The position numbers and the translations under genes were made by a program. From Chlorokybus atmophyticus (taxonomy: Eukaryota; Plantae; Mesostigma and Chlorokybus algae), in NCBI GenBank assembly GCA_009103225.1, contig RHPI01003369.1, positions 1,223,490 through 1,287,489 of the forward strand: a stretch of 64,000 nucleotides of DNA, read 5' to 3'. Numbering within the stretch: position 1 is the stretch's first letter; every line of letters starts with the position of its first letter. Below are positions 29,182 to 41,905 of the stretch, piece after piece. Below the pieces are notes generated by a model. That model had not been told where the DNA came from. It was given only the letters and a program-made list of their open reading frames with translations, and did not search any database.

Positions 29182-31037
29182 GCGCACACACAATTGTATA
29201 GTGCAACATACTATCGGATGTTGACATGCGGTAGAGCGGGTGATGACTTTTAACTAGCAGGTGGTTTGCATTATGCCACTACCCAAAGTGCAGTGTACTG
29301 TCATGAACAGTACACAACGATGCGTATGGCGTTCTGTACTATTGCACAGCGCTACACACTGCGTATTGTAGCAGAGTATAGTGTAGTGTACTTGCCACAA
29401 GTGTCGTACTGCTCGATTGACTAATTAGTATTACCCACTATTACAACTATATACAGTCTACTACCACTACCACTACTATTACTACTACTGCTATGGTTCA
29501 TTCATAGTGTAGCAGAACACCAGCGTGCATGTCCACACAACCTGTTCACCAACCAATTGTTGCGATGGTTGTCTTGCAGTTCAGCGTGTACCCATTGCGC
29601 GTGTTCACGTTGTTCGAGTACGGTTCGTCCGAGTACGCCCGCGTGCACGAGTCCGTACAACACGACCGCCGCACGTCGCGAGAGCGCGAGCTCTGCGTCT
29701 CCAGTCAACCGTTCCGGTCCGCGCTCGCGCTGCCGTACGCCCCCAGACACGCCGGCAGCTTCAACGAGTTCGAGTACGACCATGAACCGTATGGGGCGAG
29801 GGAAGAGAGGATGAGGCAGGAGATGAGGTGAGTGGTGTCACAACTTGTGGGTGGGTGGGTGGGTGGGTGGGGGTGGGGCTGGGGGNTTGGTGAGTGAGGG
29901 CGTGCGTGCGTGCGTGCCTGTGTGTGTGTGTGCGTGCGCGTGCCTCTCCATGTGGGCGTGTCTACGTGCGTGTACACATGCGTGCGTGCGTCCGCACATC
30001 TGAGCGTGAGTGTGAAGCAATAGCGGCTAACGCGGAGTGCTTGTGTGTGTCTACAGTGGAGTGTGTATCAGTGACATGGTGTCGTGTTGCAGGGAGGCTC
30101 AGCAGAAGGTGCTCGATGGACCCATACGAGCAGGCCTACCATCCGAAGCAGAGCTGGTCAGTGCATATCTCTCACACCGCACTAATTACAGGCTACAGGT
30201 TGTTCAGTACTATGCAAGTGTCACACTGCTGCCACCCATGAACTTTACCACAAAAAATAACCAACCACCCAACTGTACGCCAAAATGGCACTCCAACTAT
30301 ACCGTCACATACAGCCTCAACCTGGCACCAGCGAGTAGATATGCTAGTAGCATGATGCTCTCCTCAGTAGCTTGTTATTGATGCAGGCGCGGACACGGCT
30401 AGGTGGTGAGTTGATGCAGCGCATCGTCCGCCGTTTGCGTCGCGACTGGGGTGAGGCGTTCGTGCGCGTGGTGGGGGAGAACACTCGCAACCAGCACGCC
30501 GACGGCCGCATCGCCATGCGATTCGACGCGCGCCTTGTCGTCGACCCGAACGAGGTCTCGCAGTACCTCACCGGGATGCTGGAAGACCAAGGTGAGATGT
30601 TGGGGTGAAGTGTGGTGTGTTGGCGTGTGTTGACGTGTGTGGGTGTGTGTTGACGTGTTGTGCATGCAGAGATTACGGATGGGTTGCTGTTGCGTAAGGA
30701 TGCATTGCGTTGGGGCATATTGGAAGGAGATGATGGTGATCATGAAGATGACAATGATGACGGCAACATTAACAACATCAATGAGAGCAACGATGGTGAC
30801 AACGACGAGAGCATATTGACATATGTTTGTTTGCCTCCATGGGCGCATCTGCCAACAACACCAATGAACGGGAGGGGAATAGGGAGTTTGTCCCCACGGT
30901 CAACCTCACCGACAAGGCAACATTCTAGTCACGGCACTGCATTGTTGTCGGGACGTATACCGTTTATGCCTCAGACGGCTTCCGGCACCCCCATTGAGGT
31001 GTTTGTGAGCATACACAACAGGACTTTTAGATACTAG
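28078..31037 (+). CDS. Hypothetical multi-exon protein with low-complexity Asn/Asp tracts and a globular-looking core
   Basis: Exons at 28078-28147, from about 28620, 28753, 29580, 30093, 30387 and 30669 join in frame: FSVYPLRVFTLFEYGSSEYARVHE.., FNEFEYDHEPY, LRRDWGEAFVRVVGE..RIAMRFDARLV. Family not recognised. Confidence 0.7.
29088..29190. repeat. (CA)n microsatellite, intronic
   Basis: Directly visible. Confidence 0.95.
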
Positions 31038-31297
31038 TGTGCTGAAGGGTCGCGTTCAACCACCATGACAAAGTGTTGATGGCATATGAGAAGCACATCA
31101 TGCGATGCAGTTTATGCTGCTAGCGGCTTGCGTTTGTTTGCACACGTGCGCTCACCAGCCGTGAGTGTGTACGTCGTGCGTCGTACTGTACATGAGCATG
31201 TGCGTACAAGGCAATCTGTGTATGTAACTGCCTTGTGAACACTCGCTGTCCTTTACTTTCTATCTATCTCTCCATGCCCCCCCTCTCCCCCCCCCCC

Positions 31298-31827
31298 CCT
31301 GCAACGGTGATTGCATGCGCCGCGAGTTGGCAGCGTTGTCTGCTGCAACGCATAGGACGATGCATGCTGAAGGTCAGTGCTGAGGTGATTGGCGACCATG
31401 GCGGCGGCGGCGGGCGTGGTGTCGCTGGGGGTGCCGTGCCGGCCAAGGTTGACCAGCAGGCGGACGGTGGCGCATTTGTCACCGCCGTCGCTGCCGTCGT
31501 GGGGTGCAGCGAAGCAGCAGGCTCAGGTTTCGCTAGGACGCTGCAGAGCTCGCAGGTTATCTTTGCTCGGTGGTCGGGTCCAGCATTGCAACATTGTGTC
31601 AGTGTGACGGTGTGGTATATGATGTGTCTCACACCTGTTACCACTTTTGTCACTTTTCAAAAGCGTGCGGCCCCTGGTGCAGGTCGGTAGTTGTATGCGT
31701 GTGTAGCTGGCATATCATGGTTAATATGCGTTCCCGCGCAGTGTACCCAAATGCGGAGGGCGCTGCGCACACGCGTTCATATTGCATAACACACCACATA
31801 CAAGACAGAGCATGCATTGTAGTCACG
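31298..31827 (+). repeat. 530-bp apparently identical copy of 21404-21933
   Basis: Same sequence at offset 9894. Begins after a poly-C run and ends at the single N at 31828. Confidence 0.9.
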
Positions 31828-34800
31828 NTGGAACTTGTGCTTGCTTGCTTGTTGTTACACTTGTGTATGTGCGTGCGCATGCACGTCACCATGATTTGGT
31901 TGCGTGGAGTGGCTGAGTGGTCAACTTGTATAGCGCCCCTGCGACATTGCAGTGTTCTTGGGCCACCCTGCAGTTTTTTGTAGTTACTCTAGTGTATGTG
32001 TAGCGATCCATGTCTATGTAGTGTATGTACTGTATGTTGCCTTGGACTTGACATTTATGTAGTCTTAAATGGTATTTACGGTTCTATCTGCAATTCGTTA
32101 ATCTTGGCACTCCATACAACGCTGTATTGTCTATGCAATCTATATATCCTAACTTGAAAATGAACAACCTTCATATCTGCACTTTACTTAGAATGCAACC
32201 ACTCTTTACTCTGGTAGGTATTCCAGTCTACTCTAGCTGTAGCTTTGGTCTGGTTTGACATCTGGTTGGCACAGTATGCTAAATATTATGTGGAGTCCCG
32301 TTAGGGTGACTTTGGTTCAAAGACTACATATGCAAAATCTTCATATTGAACCCATCGTAATCCATATGACTATATGACTGTAATGACTGCATGAATATGA
32401 ACACATGTTATAGGGAATATATGGTTATATGACTATATAGTCTGATCTTGACCAATGTAATCTAGTTGCCTACGCCCATGCTAGGTGCGGGCTATGCCCT
32501 AGCCTTTGGCAACCTTTATCGAACGGGCCACAGAGTTTTATGCGTACAGTGCGCGTGTGCACAGCACGTGTGCGGACGTGTCAGCGTGTGTATGCATGCG
32601 CGCGTGAGGGTGCGCACACATGTAAGGTCGTGTATAAGAAATTCAATACAAGCTATGTGTGCGCGCGCGCTCGCGCATGTAATGTGCAAACCTTGCAATG
32701 TACATGCAATCAACATGGTGGGAATAAGCGAGTTGGATGCAAAAGCGCGGCTGCATGAGTTGCGAGCCCATCACATTGTCACACTACACAGCGCTACCAT
32801 GTACACTCTACACACAGTATTACACCATGTGCCATTGTCCTCGATATCGTGTGCTACACAATGGTAAGTCACGGCATCAATGTGCCCCGCCCACAAAAGG
32901 CCATAAAAACCTTTCCTGCCAGTTACTGTGGAAGTCTACATCTGTATAATGTCGTCTGGACATTGTCACATGCACATGCGAAAGCTGTAAGCCAAGATAA
33001 GGTGGTGTTGCGTGAGGCTGTGGTCGATGAGTTGTTGTTTGATAATCTTGTTAATGATGGTCTCGTCCTCATCGACGACGCGAGGGCAACCCGGCAACTA
33101 ATTAAAGACGTCTATGCGCACTTGTGAAGCCATCATATTCAAACGCAAACCCGGAGTGAACGGTCCACTTCATTAACTAGCTAGCTACACACACGTTGCG
33201 TATACAATTGTTTATTGCAACCACCTGTGGTAGCACTTAACTTGACTGCAAGGAATGGATCGTTGGCAGGGAGGTAGCTGAAGTAGCCCATATCGCCGAC
33301 GACATCCATAATGGCCTAACATCTATGAGATCATTACAAGCAACGTGTTAACTTTCTTTACGACAGGCTAATGTGGTTTTAATGGTGCGCAACATCTTCA
33401 TGTGCATAACCACCCCAACTATAGAGCAGATGATTATTTTGTAAAGAGAGGGCGGCAAACGGAGCAAACAGCACGCTTGTCATGCATTTGCAAAAATTCC
33501 ATGCGTGCAAATGCATGACCGCATGCAACATTGCCAAAGATCAACATGCGCAAGCGAACAAAACCTGCAATAACAAAAAGTGGGCTTGGTTCCAACGCCG
33601 GCAAGGCTGCGCGTTTTTTTATTAATAACCGCCGTCGTCTTCGCAGCCCATCTTATTGTAGCCTATCTTGCTATTTTAAGTGATGTCGCCACCCGGGTCA
33701 TCCACCCAAAATAGCAAAGAAGGCTACAAGTTGCAGACGACTTATTAAGCAACGAGTGGAACCATTTCAACATAAAGCTACTATGTACTTGCAATTGTTA
33801 GATATTCAGTCCAATAATGATCGTGCATGTAGCTATGCACGATGACGGCATAGCTATGGGTTAGCAAGTATATGTTACATGAGTTGGATACAACCGGCAT
33901 GTCGCTTACAAATTAATGCCTTTTACAATTGTTGAGATTTTGATTGCTTGATGACATTGTAGCTCGCGATCATTAATTCCGACCGTTGGTCTTAAAAATG
34001 GCTGTCAAATTACGTCGTTTAACAGGAGACAATGCTCGTCTAGATATCGCAAACATCAAATTACTTGTCTTGTGCACTACAATTGGATTGACGCTCTATA
34101 GCTGTAATGGTGGCTCTTTGCATGTATGGGATCGGGGGCCGTCACAATCGCCGCTATATACAATGCGAGTGCTACATACTCAGTAAAGCTGCACACCTTG
34201 CATGAAAGGGCCTTGTATCATGATAGTTTCATAGATTTTTTAAAATTCGTTTGCTTGCGCCGAACTATTATTATTCTTTTTACGTCCACAAAAATGTGGG
34301 TTATTTCACAACGCATTACTGGTCGCATCAAATAAGTTAATCATGAGTTTATTAGCTTCAGTCACTATCGATGTGGCGTTGACAAGCATTGGGGGTCAAT
34401 GCTTACACTGACAACTTGGAAGCTCGGTTAGAGGCGCTGCACGAAGATAACATGACGCAGTAATACGAAAGTAATACGAAACATTTATGGATTTAAGTTG
34501 TAAAAGTCATTAATAAAAAAAGGACTCCCAATAGCGCTTTTTCAGCTGCCCTCAACGATTAACAAGCGCTTCTGTGGCTCGTTGAGGGTGGCATGAACGT
34601 TACGAAAAATGTTTCATTAACACTTTTTTATTTGTTTTCATGTGTTTTGTCCGGCCTTTTTGGGCGCGGCAGCATAACAACGTAATGTATTGATATACAA
34701 CATGACCCTAATTGTACGTTTTTTCCTGGGCAACAGTCAAGACTTTCGCCCGAATGGATCCACGTGAAACAAGTCTTTAAAGCTTCCTTTGACCCCATCG

Positions 34801-35765
34801 ATGCCATCTGTGACCTGAACTGGGTAAGCCTACAGAACACAATGAAATATAATATACTTATATTAAAAAGCATGCACATAGCATCTAATCTATGGATTAG
34901 CAACCATTTGTTAAACAAACCAAGCGCGATTGCTGCAATGAGCTTGAAATCTCGATGGCACGTATGTCAATGTTTAAGTTGAGCGGCGATAAGGCTCACC
35001 GTCAGTTGTCGCCAAGGGTCAAATGAAGGTGGTTGTCAAAGCGTTGGTCACTATGAAGCATGCAATGTTTGTGTATAATATCATAAATCCTTGCATGTGT
35101 GGTATTGGCGGCGTCACAATCGGCGCCATATACACTGGAGTGCTTCATACGAGCTTGCTAGCTTTTTTTGGCAAAATTCCATATGGCTCACTGACATTGT
35201 TATGCGTGTACTACATCATCTAATTGATTAAAATATTACACATGTATAAAGCGTAAATGAATGGTGCAATTGCATGCCATAATTACATTTGCATATGGCG
35301 AAATTAATGCGGTTACATTAACAGATATACAATATATTACCTTACATTTTGTGCAGCGACTTGAAACAAACATATGATACGATAACTTTAAGCATTTGTG
35401 ATGAAAATATTTATTTTTATTTTACAAAAAGTAATTTCGTGATCAGGTTCTTATTTATATCGTGCTCATCAGAAAACAGTATATGTACATGTGGCTGCCA
35501 TATAGGTACATTGGCTGCTCACGGAGCAGTGCTCAGAGACTGTATGAGTACCGTATGGGTAGTCATGCTTACAAGAGATGCCACTTGCAGGCCATCCTGT
35601 GCGTAACGGCTGCAGGCGACATTGGGTCTCGACCCACATCTGATCGGTAAGACCCAAAGTCACAAGTCCGATCGGTGGCACCTGGCTAGGTCCTTTTAGG
35701 GTTTGCCGGCGCCGCCGCCGCCGCTCGCGGAGGACGACGAGGACGAGGACGCCGAGGCGGGCAAG

Positions 35766-37223
35766 ATGGTTGCCACGTCCCGCAACCCGGAGCTTTCACG
35801 GGGAATTGGCAAGTATGGCCGTAGCGCCATGTACAAGAGGTAAGAAGTGTGTGGGGATCGCCGTTTCATCGGGAGGCGGCGCTGCAGGGTCTGGTGATGT
35901 GGAGGCTTGGCTGGCGGCTGGGTTGATCAGTCAGCCTTGTGATCCTTGTTTTGGTTATTGTGGTTGTTGTCATTGTCACCGTCACCGTCCTTGATGTTGT
36001 GGTTGCGATTAGATCAGCTACGTTGCTTTGTTGCATGGAGTTAGGTCGGGAGAAGCGTGCTTAGCATGCTGTGGAAATTGCAGGCGAGGGCTGTGGGCCA
36101 TAAAGACCAAGAACGGCGGCAAGTTCCCCGTGCATCCGAAGAAGACACAGGAGGCGGCGAAGGCCGAGAAGGCTCCAAAGTTCTACCCGGCCGAGGACAT
36201 TCCCAAGCCGCTACACAAGAACTCCGTCCGCAAGCCCACCAAGCTCAGGTAAGTTGGGCGATCCCTGCTTGTACGACAGTCACAGTATCAGTTGCTCTAT
36301 TTGCAACCGGTCTCATCTGCAATGCCCTCGCAACGAGTGAATGCCTTAGATGCGCACAGAAGCATGAAATTCAGTGTTGTGTGCTATGAACGTGCAAGAC
36401 GATTGCACTGATCAATGCCTTATTGGTGTATCCTCACGGTCATGTGCATTTAGGGCAAGCATTACCCCCGGCACCGTTCTCATCCTCCTGGCTGGCAAGT
36501 TCAAGGGCAAGCGCGTCGTTTTCCTCAAGCAGCTGGAGTCTGGGCTGCTGCTGGTTAACGGTGAGTGCAAACATGAAAACATGAAAATTGAAGGTCATAA
36601 CTTATTGTGGCGAGGATACCAAACCCACTGGTATGTGAAACTCTAACAACAGTCATAGCAGCCACGCCATTGTAGTAGCAAATGTTAGATTAGTGATAAG
36701 TATGTTGGATGGAGCTAAGCTAGAGCTGTTTACAAGCTCACGGAGTTGTTTACGAGCTGGTTTTTTTTGGTGGATGTCTTAGCTGCCTTAACTGCAGGCC
36801 CATACAAGGTGAACGGCGTCCCCATCAGGCGGGTCAACCAGGCTTATGTGATCGCCACCTCTACCAAGCTGGACGTTGCAAAGGTTGATGTTAGCAAGTT
36901 CAATGATACGTACTTCAAGCGCCCTGAGGAGAAGAAGGGCAAGAAGTCAGAGAGCGACTTCTTTGAGGCCGAGAAGGAGGTATGCAGTGGTACAAGTAGT
37001 AAAGGCATTGTGCAGCGCATTGTGCATGTCCCGTGTGGATGGTACTGACGACTGTCAATGTGTTCAGGACAAGAAGAAGGTTCCCGAGGGCCGGATAGAG
37101 GACCAGAAGGCTGTGGATGCGGCGCTGCTTCCCGTGATCGAGGCAGTATCTGACATGAAGAGCTATCTTGCAGCGCGGTTTTCGCTAAAGAGTGGCATGT
37201 ACCCCCATGAGCTTGTCTTCTAA
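35766..37223 (+). CDS. RPL6: 60S ribosomal protein L6 (eL6)
   Basis: Exons 35766-35839, 36084-36248, 36454-36560, 36798-36979 and 37068-37223 give [91 protein letters not shown]. Confidence 0.97.
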
Positions 37224-38424
37224 TCGAATTGCACGCTTTGTAAAGCTGTCATTTGTTTCATGTGCTGCACATACGTTTGTCACGCTGTTGTTGGTCTGGG
37301 TTGCATGTTGCTGTGGGCAGAAAGTGCATAACCCAGGTCGTTTGTGTTTGTCGCCAGATGTTGAACCATGCATCAGTCGGCATGCATGTACAGTGTTACC
37401 TGTAGCAAAGAGGGCACCAAGGCAGTTCAGGCATCAACGTTCAAGACTGCTGTCAGTATGCATTGTTCCCGTCCTTAGTGCATCCTTCTGAAGTGGTGAT
37501 GAAGGCAAGATCTAGCTCAGTGCCCACAATGTACAAACAAAGCGCAACAGTATGACACATTCGTAGTGTGGTTTTGGTTGACGAGTTTTTGCTTCGTGTA
37601 ATGCAATCGCTTTTAGTGCACCGAGGATTGGAACAATGCACACTGACAGTAGCATGAAGTCCGTCAAGCTGGTCGTTTTGAATGCTCTCGCTGGGTTCAG
37701 GGAATCGTGCAGCTGTCCATGTCGCCCTTATCACGAATAAGACCACAATAGCTAATACATCGATGTGTCACTACAATCTTGCGTGAAAAGTTGTGTAACC
37801 ACAGCAAAGTGGGTTGATGCTGTTAATCAACAAGTGCGGATGTTTGCAACTTGTTTCACTTGGATGTTATGATAAATTGTTAGCCACAAGATAAACGCAA
37901 AGCAAAACGCGTTGATACGGTGATGCTTGATTAAATTATAAAAGATTTGATTCCGATGTGTATACACAAGATCAATGGTCTAACTGCATAGTACACAACA
38001 GATGGATTGGGGCCAATCAGTCAAGCAGCAGCTGCATGAATGACTACACGCATACACACATTATTTTGCCTTGGATTGTGCTAGTGTAAGGGAACATGCA
38101 GTGGTCAACAATAAGCCACACCAGCGAGCAAAACAAAGCAAGGCAACAACTGGCTAGGCCCTTCAGCGCTTTGCACAGCAAAACAGGAAGGAGCAGTAAT
38201 GGCGCCTCACTTAGACAAAGAAGTACTGCAGTGAGTTAGAAGCCGATAGGCAACTGGCAACTGTAGCCGCATGTGCAAGTACTCCATGAATTAGGGCGCT
38301 TGGCATGTGTGGCAGAGCTAATACAACAACCGTTGTTGTATATATTTATAATACGAGTATGTAGCACAATTGCGCAACATACTCGTATCATAGATACGTG
38401 GTAATGTGTTACCAAATTGGCACG

Positions 38425-38934
<510 letters not shown>

Positions 38935-40979
38935 AATACGATTTGTTATGGAAGATACCATAGCAGAGTGAATACACATGTAGACCTGCGCCAGCCAACA
39001 TATGCGGCATACGTTAGCATGAGCCTCTTGGTCTGAGACCAATTAAAAACAAGCAAATGTATAGCATAGAAGAGCTCGCAACTCGGACACATGCGTTACA
39101 AGTGGTAACAACCATTACAGACAGCGCTAGCATTGCATGTACAGTTCAACAACATATACGGCTTCCGCCGAGCTCAGTACAACATCGACCCTGTGAGCTC
39201 ACATGTACTTGATAGCGAAACTTCATAAAACACCTTCGAAGCTGCGCATTAAAGCTGCGCCATACAATACTTCTCTATCCTAGTAGAGATGTACCTCGGC
39301 CGTTAATAACATTTTTCTGAGCTCGGGCAGGATCCACGCATGACTAGCTCTTAGATCCTTGAGAAGAACTCGCTGGCATAAGCGCTTACGACATACCTCA
39401 ACACCACGAAAACTACCAAAGATAAGCGCGAGTTTTTGCAACATGAAATATATAATTTCGCCACGTTGTACACAAGTAATAGCATTCCAATCTTGTATGT
39501 GCGGACATTGTATGGTTATGCAAAGCCATGGTCACCATTGGTTGCATGAGGTATTTGCGTATGAGAAGAAGTAGTATCATGCCACTACCCTGCATATAAC
39601 ACTAAGTGGGCCGTGGCTACTACTGTGACGGCAGCGCAAGCAACCACTAAAGTGTTTACGGAAGTAGAAAAAGCTGCATACTCTTTTTTATGATGTGTGT
39701 AACAAATTGTTTTTGCAAACTGCATCGAACCAGCTACACAAACATTGCATTAATATCCCCTTGAAAATACTTGATGGTGTCTATCGCGCAAACTATGACT
39801 TATTATCTTACGAGCTTTTGTGGCTAAGGCGACTCAAGCCATTAATGGACCTGCCCTAACTCCAACCCTCTTTATGAGGTTCGCATTGTGCGAATCCACA
39901 TACCTCACCACGCAGTGGCACTGCGTGCTGAGGTACGTGGATGATTTGTTGGTTGTGGAGTTGCCGAAGTGATGCATATGTCGGGTAATGCTCTAGATGG
40001 AGGCATCTACCCACAAACATACTCACATTATTACGCACAACATCGGGTGCACGTGCAGCAGTGCCATTCTTTAACATCCTCATACTTCAAACCACCCTAA
40101 GTGGTTGCAATTGACAACCAATCAGGGTGGTTTGCACATGAGTATATAACAAGCTCAGGGAGACCGTGGTTCATGCAATGCTGATGTTGAAAGCGCCGCA
40201 CCCATCATCTGACATTTCTGATAAGCTGAACATGGCTGTGGCATAGTATATAAGGTTTACAAGACTGTGCAGTTTTTGTACACACTCCTTGCAGGAATTG
40301 CACATGCTGGTAGAGGCCATGTGTTCCTATGGCTACAGCTTGTAGCGATTCCGGGAAAAAGCTCCGGAGCAGGCTAAAAGCCAAGATGGTGAAGCAAGCG
40401 GATGACATTTACGGCATCTGTACAGGTGGTGCACGAATGCGAGGACATCACGCGTTGCCGTCTTGCTGAGTCAGGTGCTTCCCCACATGGAGTATATCAC
40501 ATATACCATGTGGGGAACTCATCCGAGAGTCTCGGTTGCTCATATGAGTACATGTGAGGGTGAGGGTAAGTACATGAATTATATATATATATATATATAT
40601 ATATNNNNNNNNNNNNNNNNNNNNNNNNNNNNNNNNNNNNNNNNNNNNNNNNNNNNNNNNNNNNNNNNNNNNNNNNNNNNNNNNNNNNNNNNNNNNNNNN
40701 NNNNNNNNNNNNNNNNNNNNNNNNNNNNNNNNNNNNNNNNNNNNNNNNNNNNNNNNNNNNNNNNNNNNNNNNNNNNNNNNNNNNNNNNNNNNNNNNNNNN
40801 NNNNNNNNNNNNNNNNNNNNNNNNNNNNNNNNNNNNNNNNNNATATATATATATATATGTATATATACCCTCAGGGGAGCAGATGGTTTGCCCTCGTGCA
40901 AGTCAGTTGAGGGCTATGTTGCTTAACTGATGCGTATGCCAAGCAACTGTTGTGAATTAATTGAGGCGGGCAACGTGCC

Positions 40980-41022
40980 TTGCAACGGTACACTTACAAC
41001 GGTTGTAAGTGTACCGTTGCAA
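40980..41022. repeat. Perfect 21-bp inverted repeat with a 1-nt spacer
   Basis: ttgcaacggtacacttacaac-g-gttgtaagtgtaccgttgcaa. Confidence 0.95.
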
Positions 41023-41443
41023 CTTGAGGACGCAACTTGAGGACACTTTGCATGGGCTGCCGTCGATGGCTGCGTCACATCAAGCGACCTTACAACAGGG
41101 GCCCTGCCCTGCTTTATTACCTTGCTGTGGTGGTCGTGAAGACATTGGCTCTGGCCATAAGTTGTATGCAACAGGTTGATTGTGGCAAATGAGATCACTT
41201 ACCAAGTGGTCTCAGCCGCCACAGCCGCCCTTCGCAAGGGCGGCTGTGGCGACGCCGTTCGCATTGCACAGCACTGCATCCCGCCCCATCCTGCTCTTCC
41301 CTTCTCCCCCCTGCTCTACTGCCTGCTGTACTTGTGGTGGTGAAGACGTTGTCTTTAGCGATAAGCTATGTGCAGTAAAGTGGTCTAGCTAAAAAGGGAC
41401 TCCCTGCCTGATGCCCAGTGCTTCGTCTTGCATTGGCACATAG

Positions 41444-41780
41444 TGTAAGGAGGGAGTGCTCCCTCCTCCCTTCAATCCCCTACCCCAACACCGCCACCAG
41501 CCACGACGCCGCTACCGCCGCCGCCAGAACAACTGCCGAAGCAGAAGATGATCCCCAGGCTATGGCGGCCGTTGCGTTAGCAGCGCCGCCATACAGCTGA
41601 TATCGACATGTGACATGAGTCTCATGTCGATATCAGTGTTACCTATAAGTAACACTACATTAGGGCCTTAACACTAGGTTAACGGCCTTAATACGGCTTA
41701 ACTGGCTGTATATACCCGTTGGGACCCTTATAATCTTAAATAAGGGCGGGGAACCTCTATAGAGGTAGCACTCCGTTACA
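41444..41780 (-). repeat. 3' LTR (337 bp)
   Basis: Follows the PPT ggggggggaa on the minus strand. Differs from the 5' LTR at roughly 20 positions by eye. Confidence 0.93.
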
Positions 41781-41905
41781 TTCCCCCCCCACTTAGGTTT
41801 CAATGTCCTCATTGAAGGGTTAGCAAAGCCCCACTACGAGCACTGAAAAACCAAAGCTGTGAGAGAATCAGGGCCGAAACGATAAAGATGTCTGCCAGCA
41901 CCCTT

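Noticed and set aside
35840-37067. Intronic snoRNAs in RPL6
   Set aside because: No convincing box C (RTGATGA) plus box D pair with a terminal stem, and no H/ACA layout, was visible.
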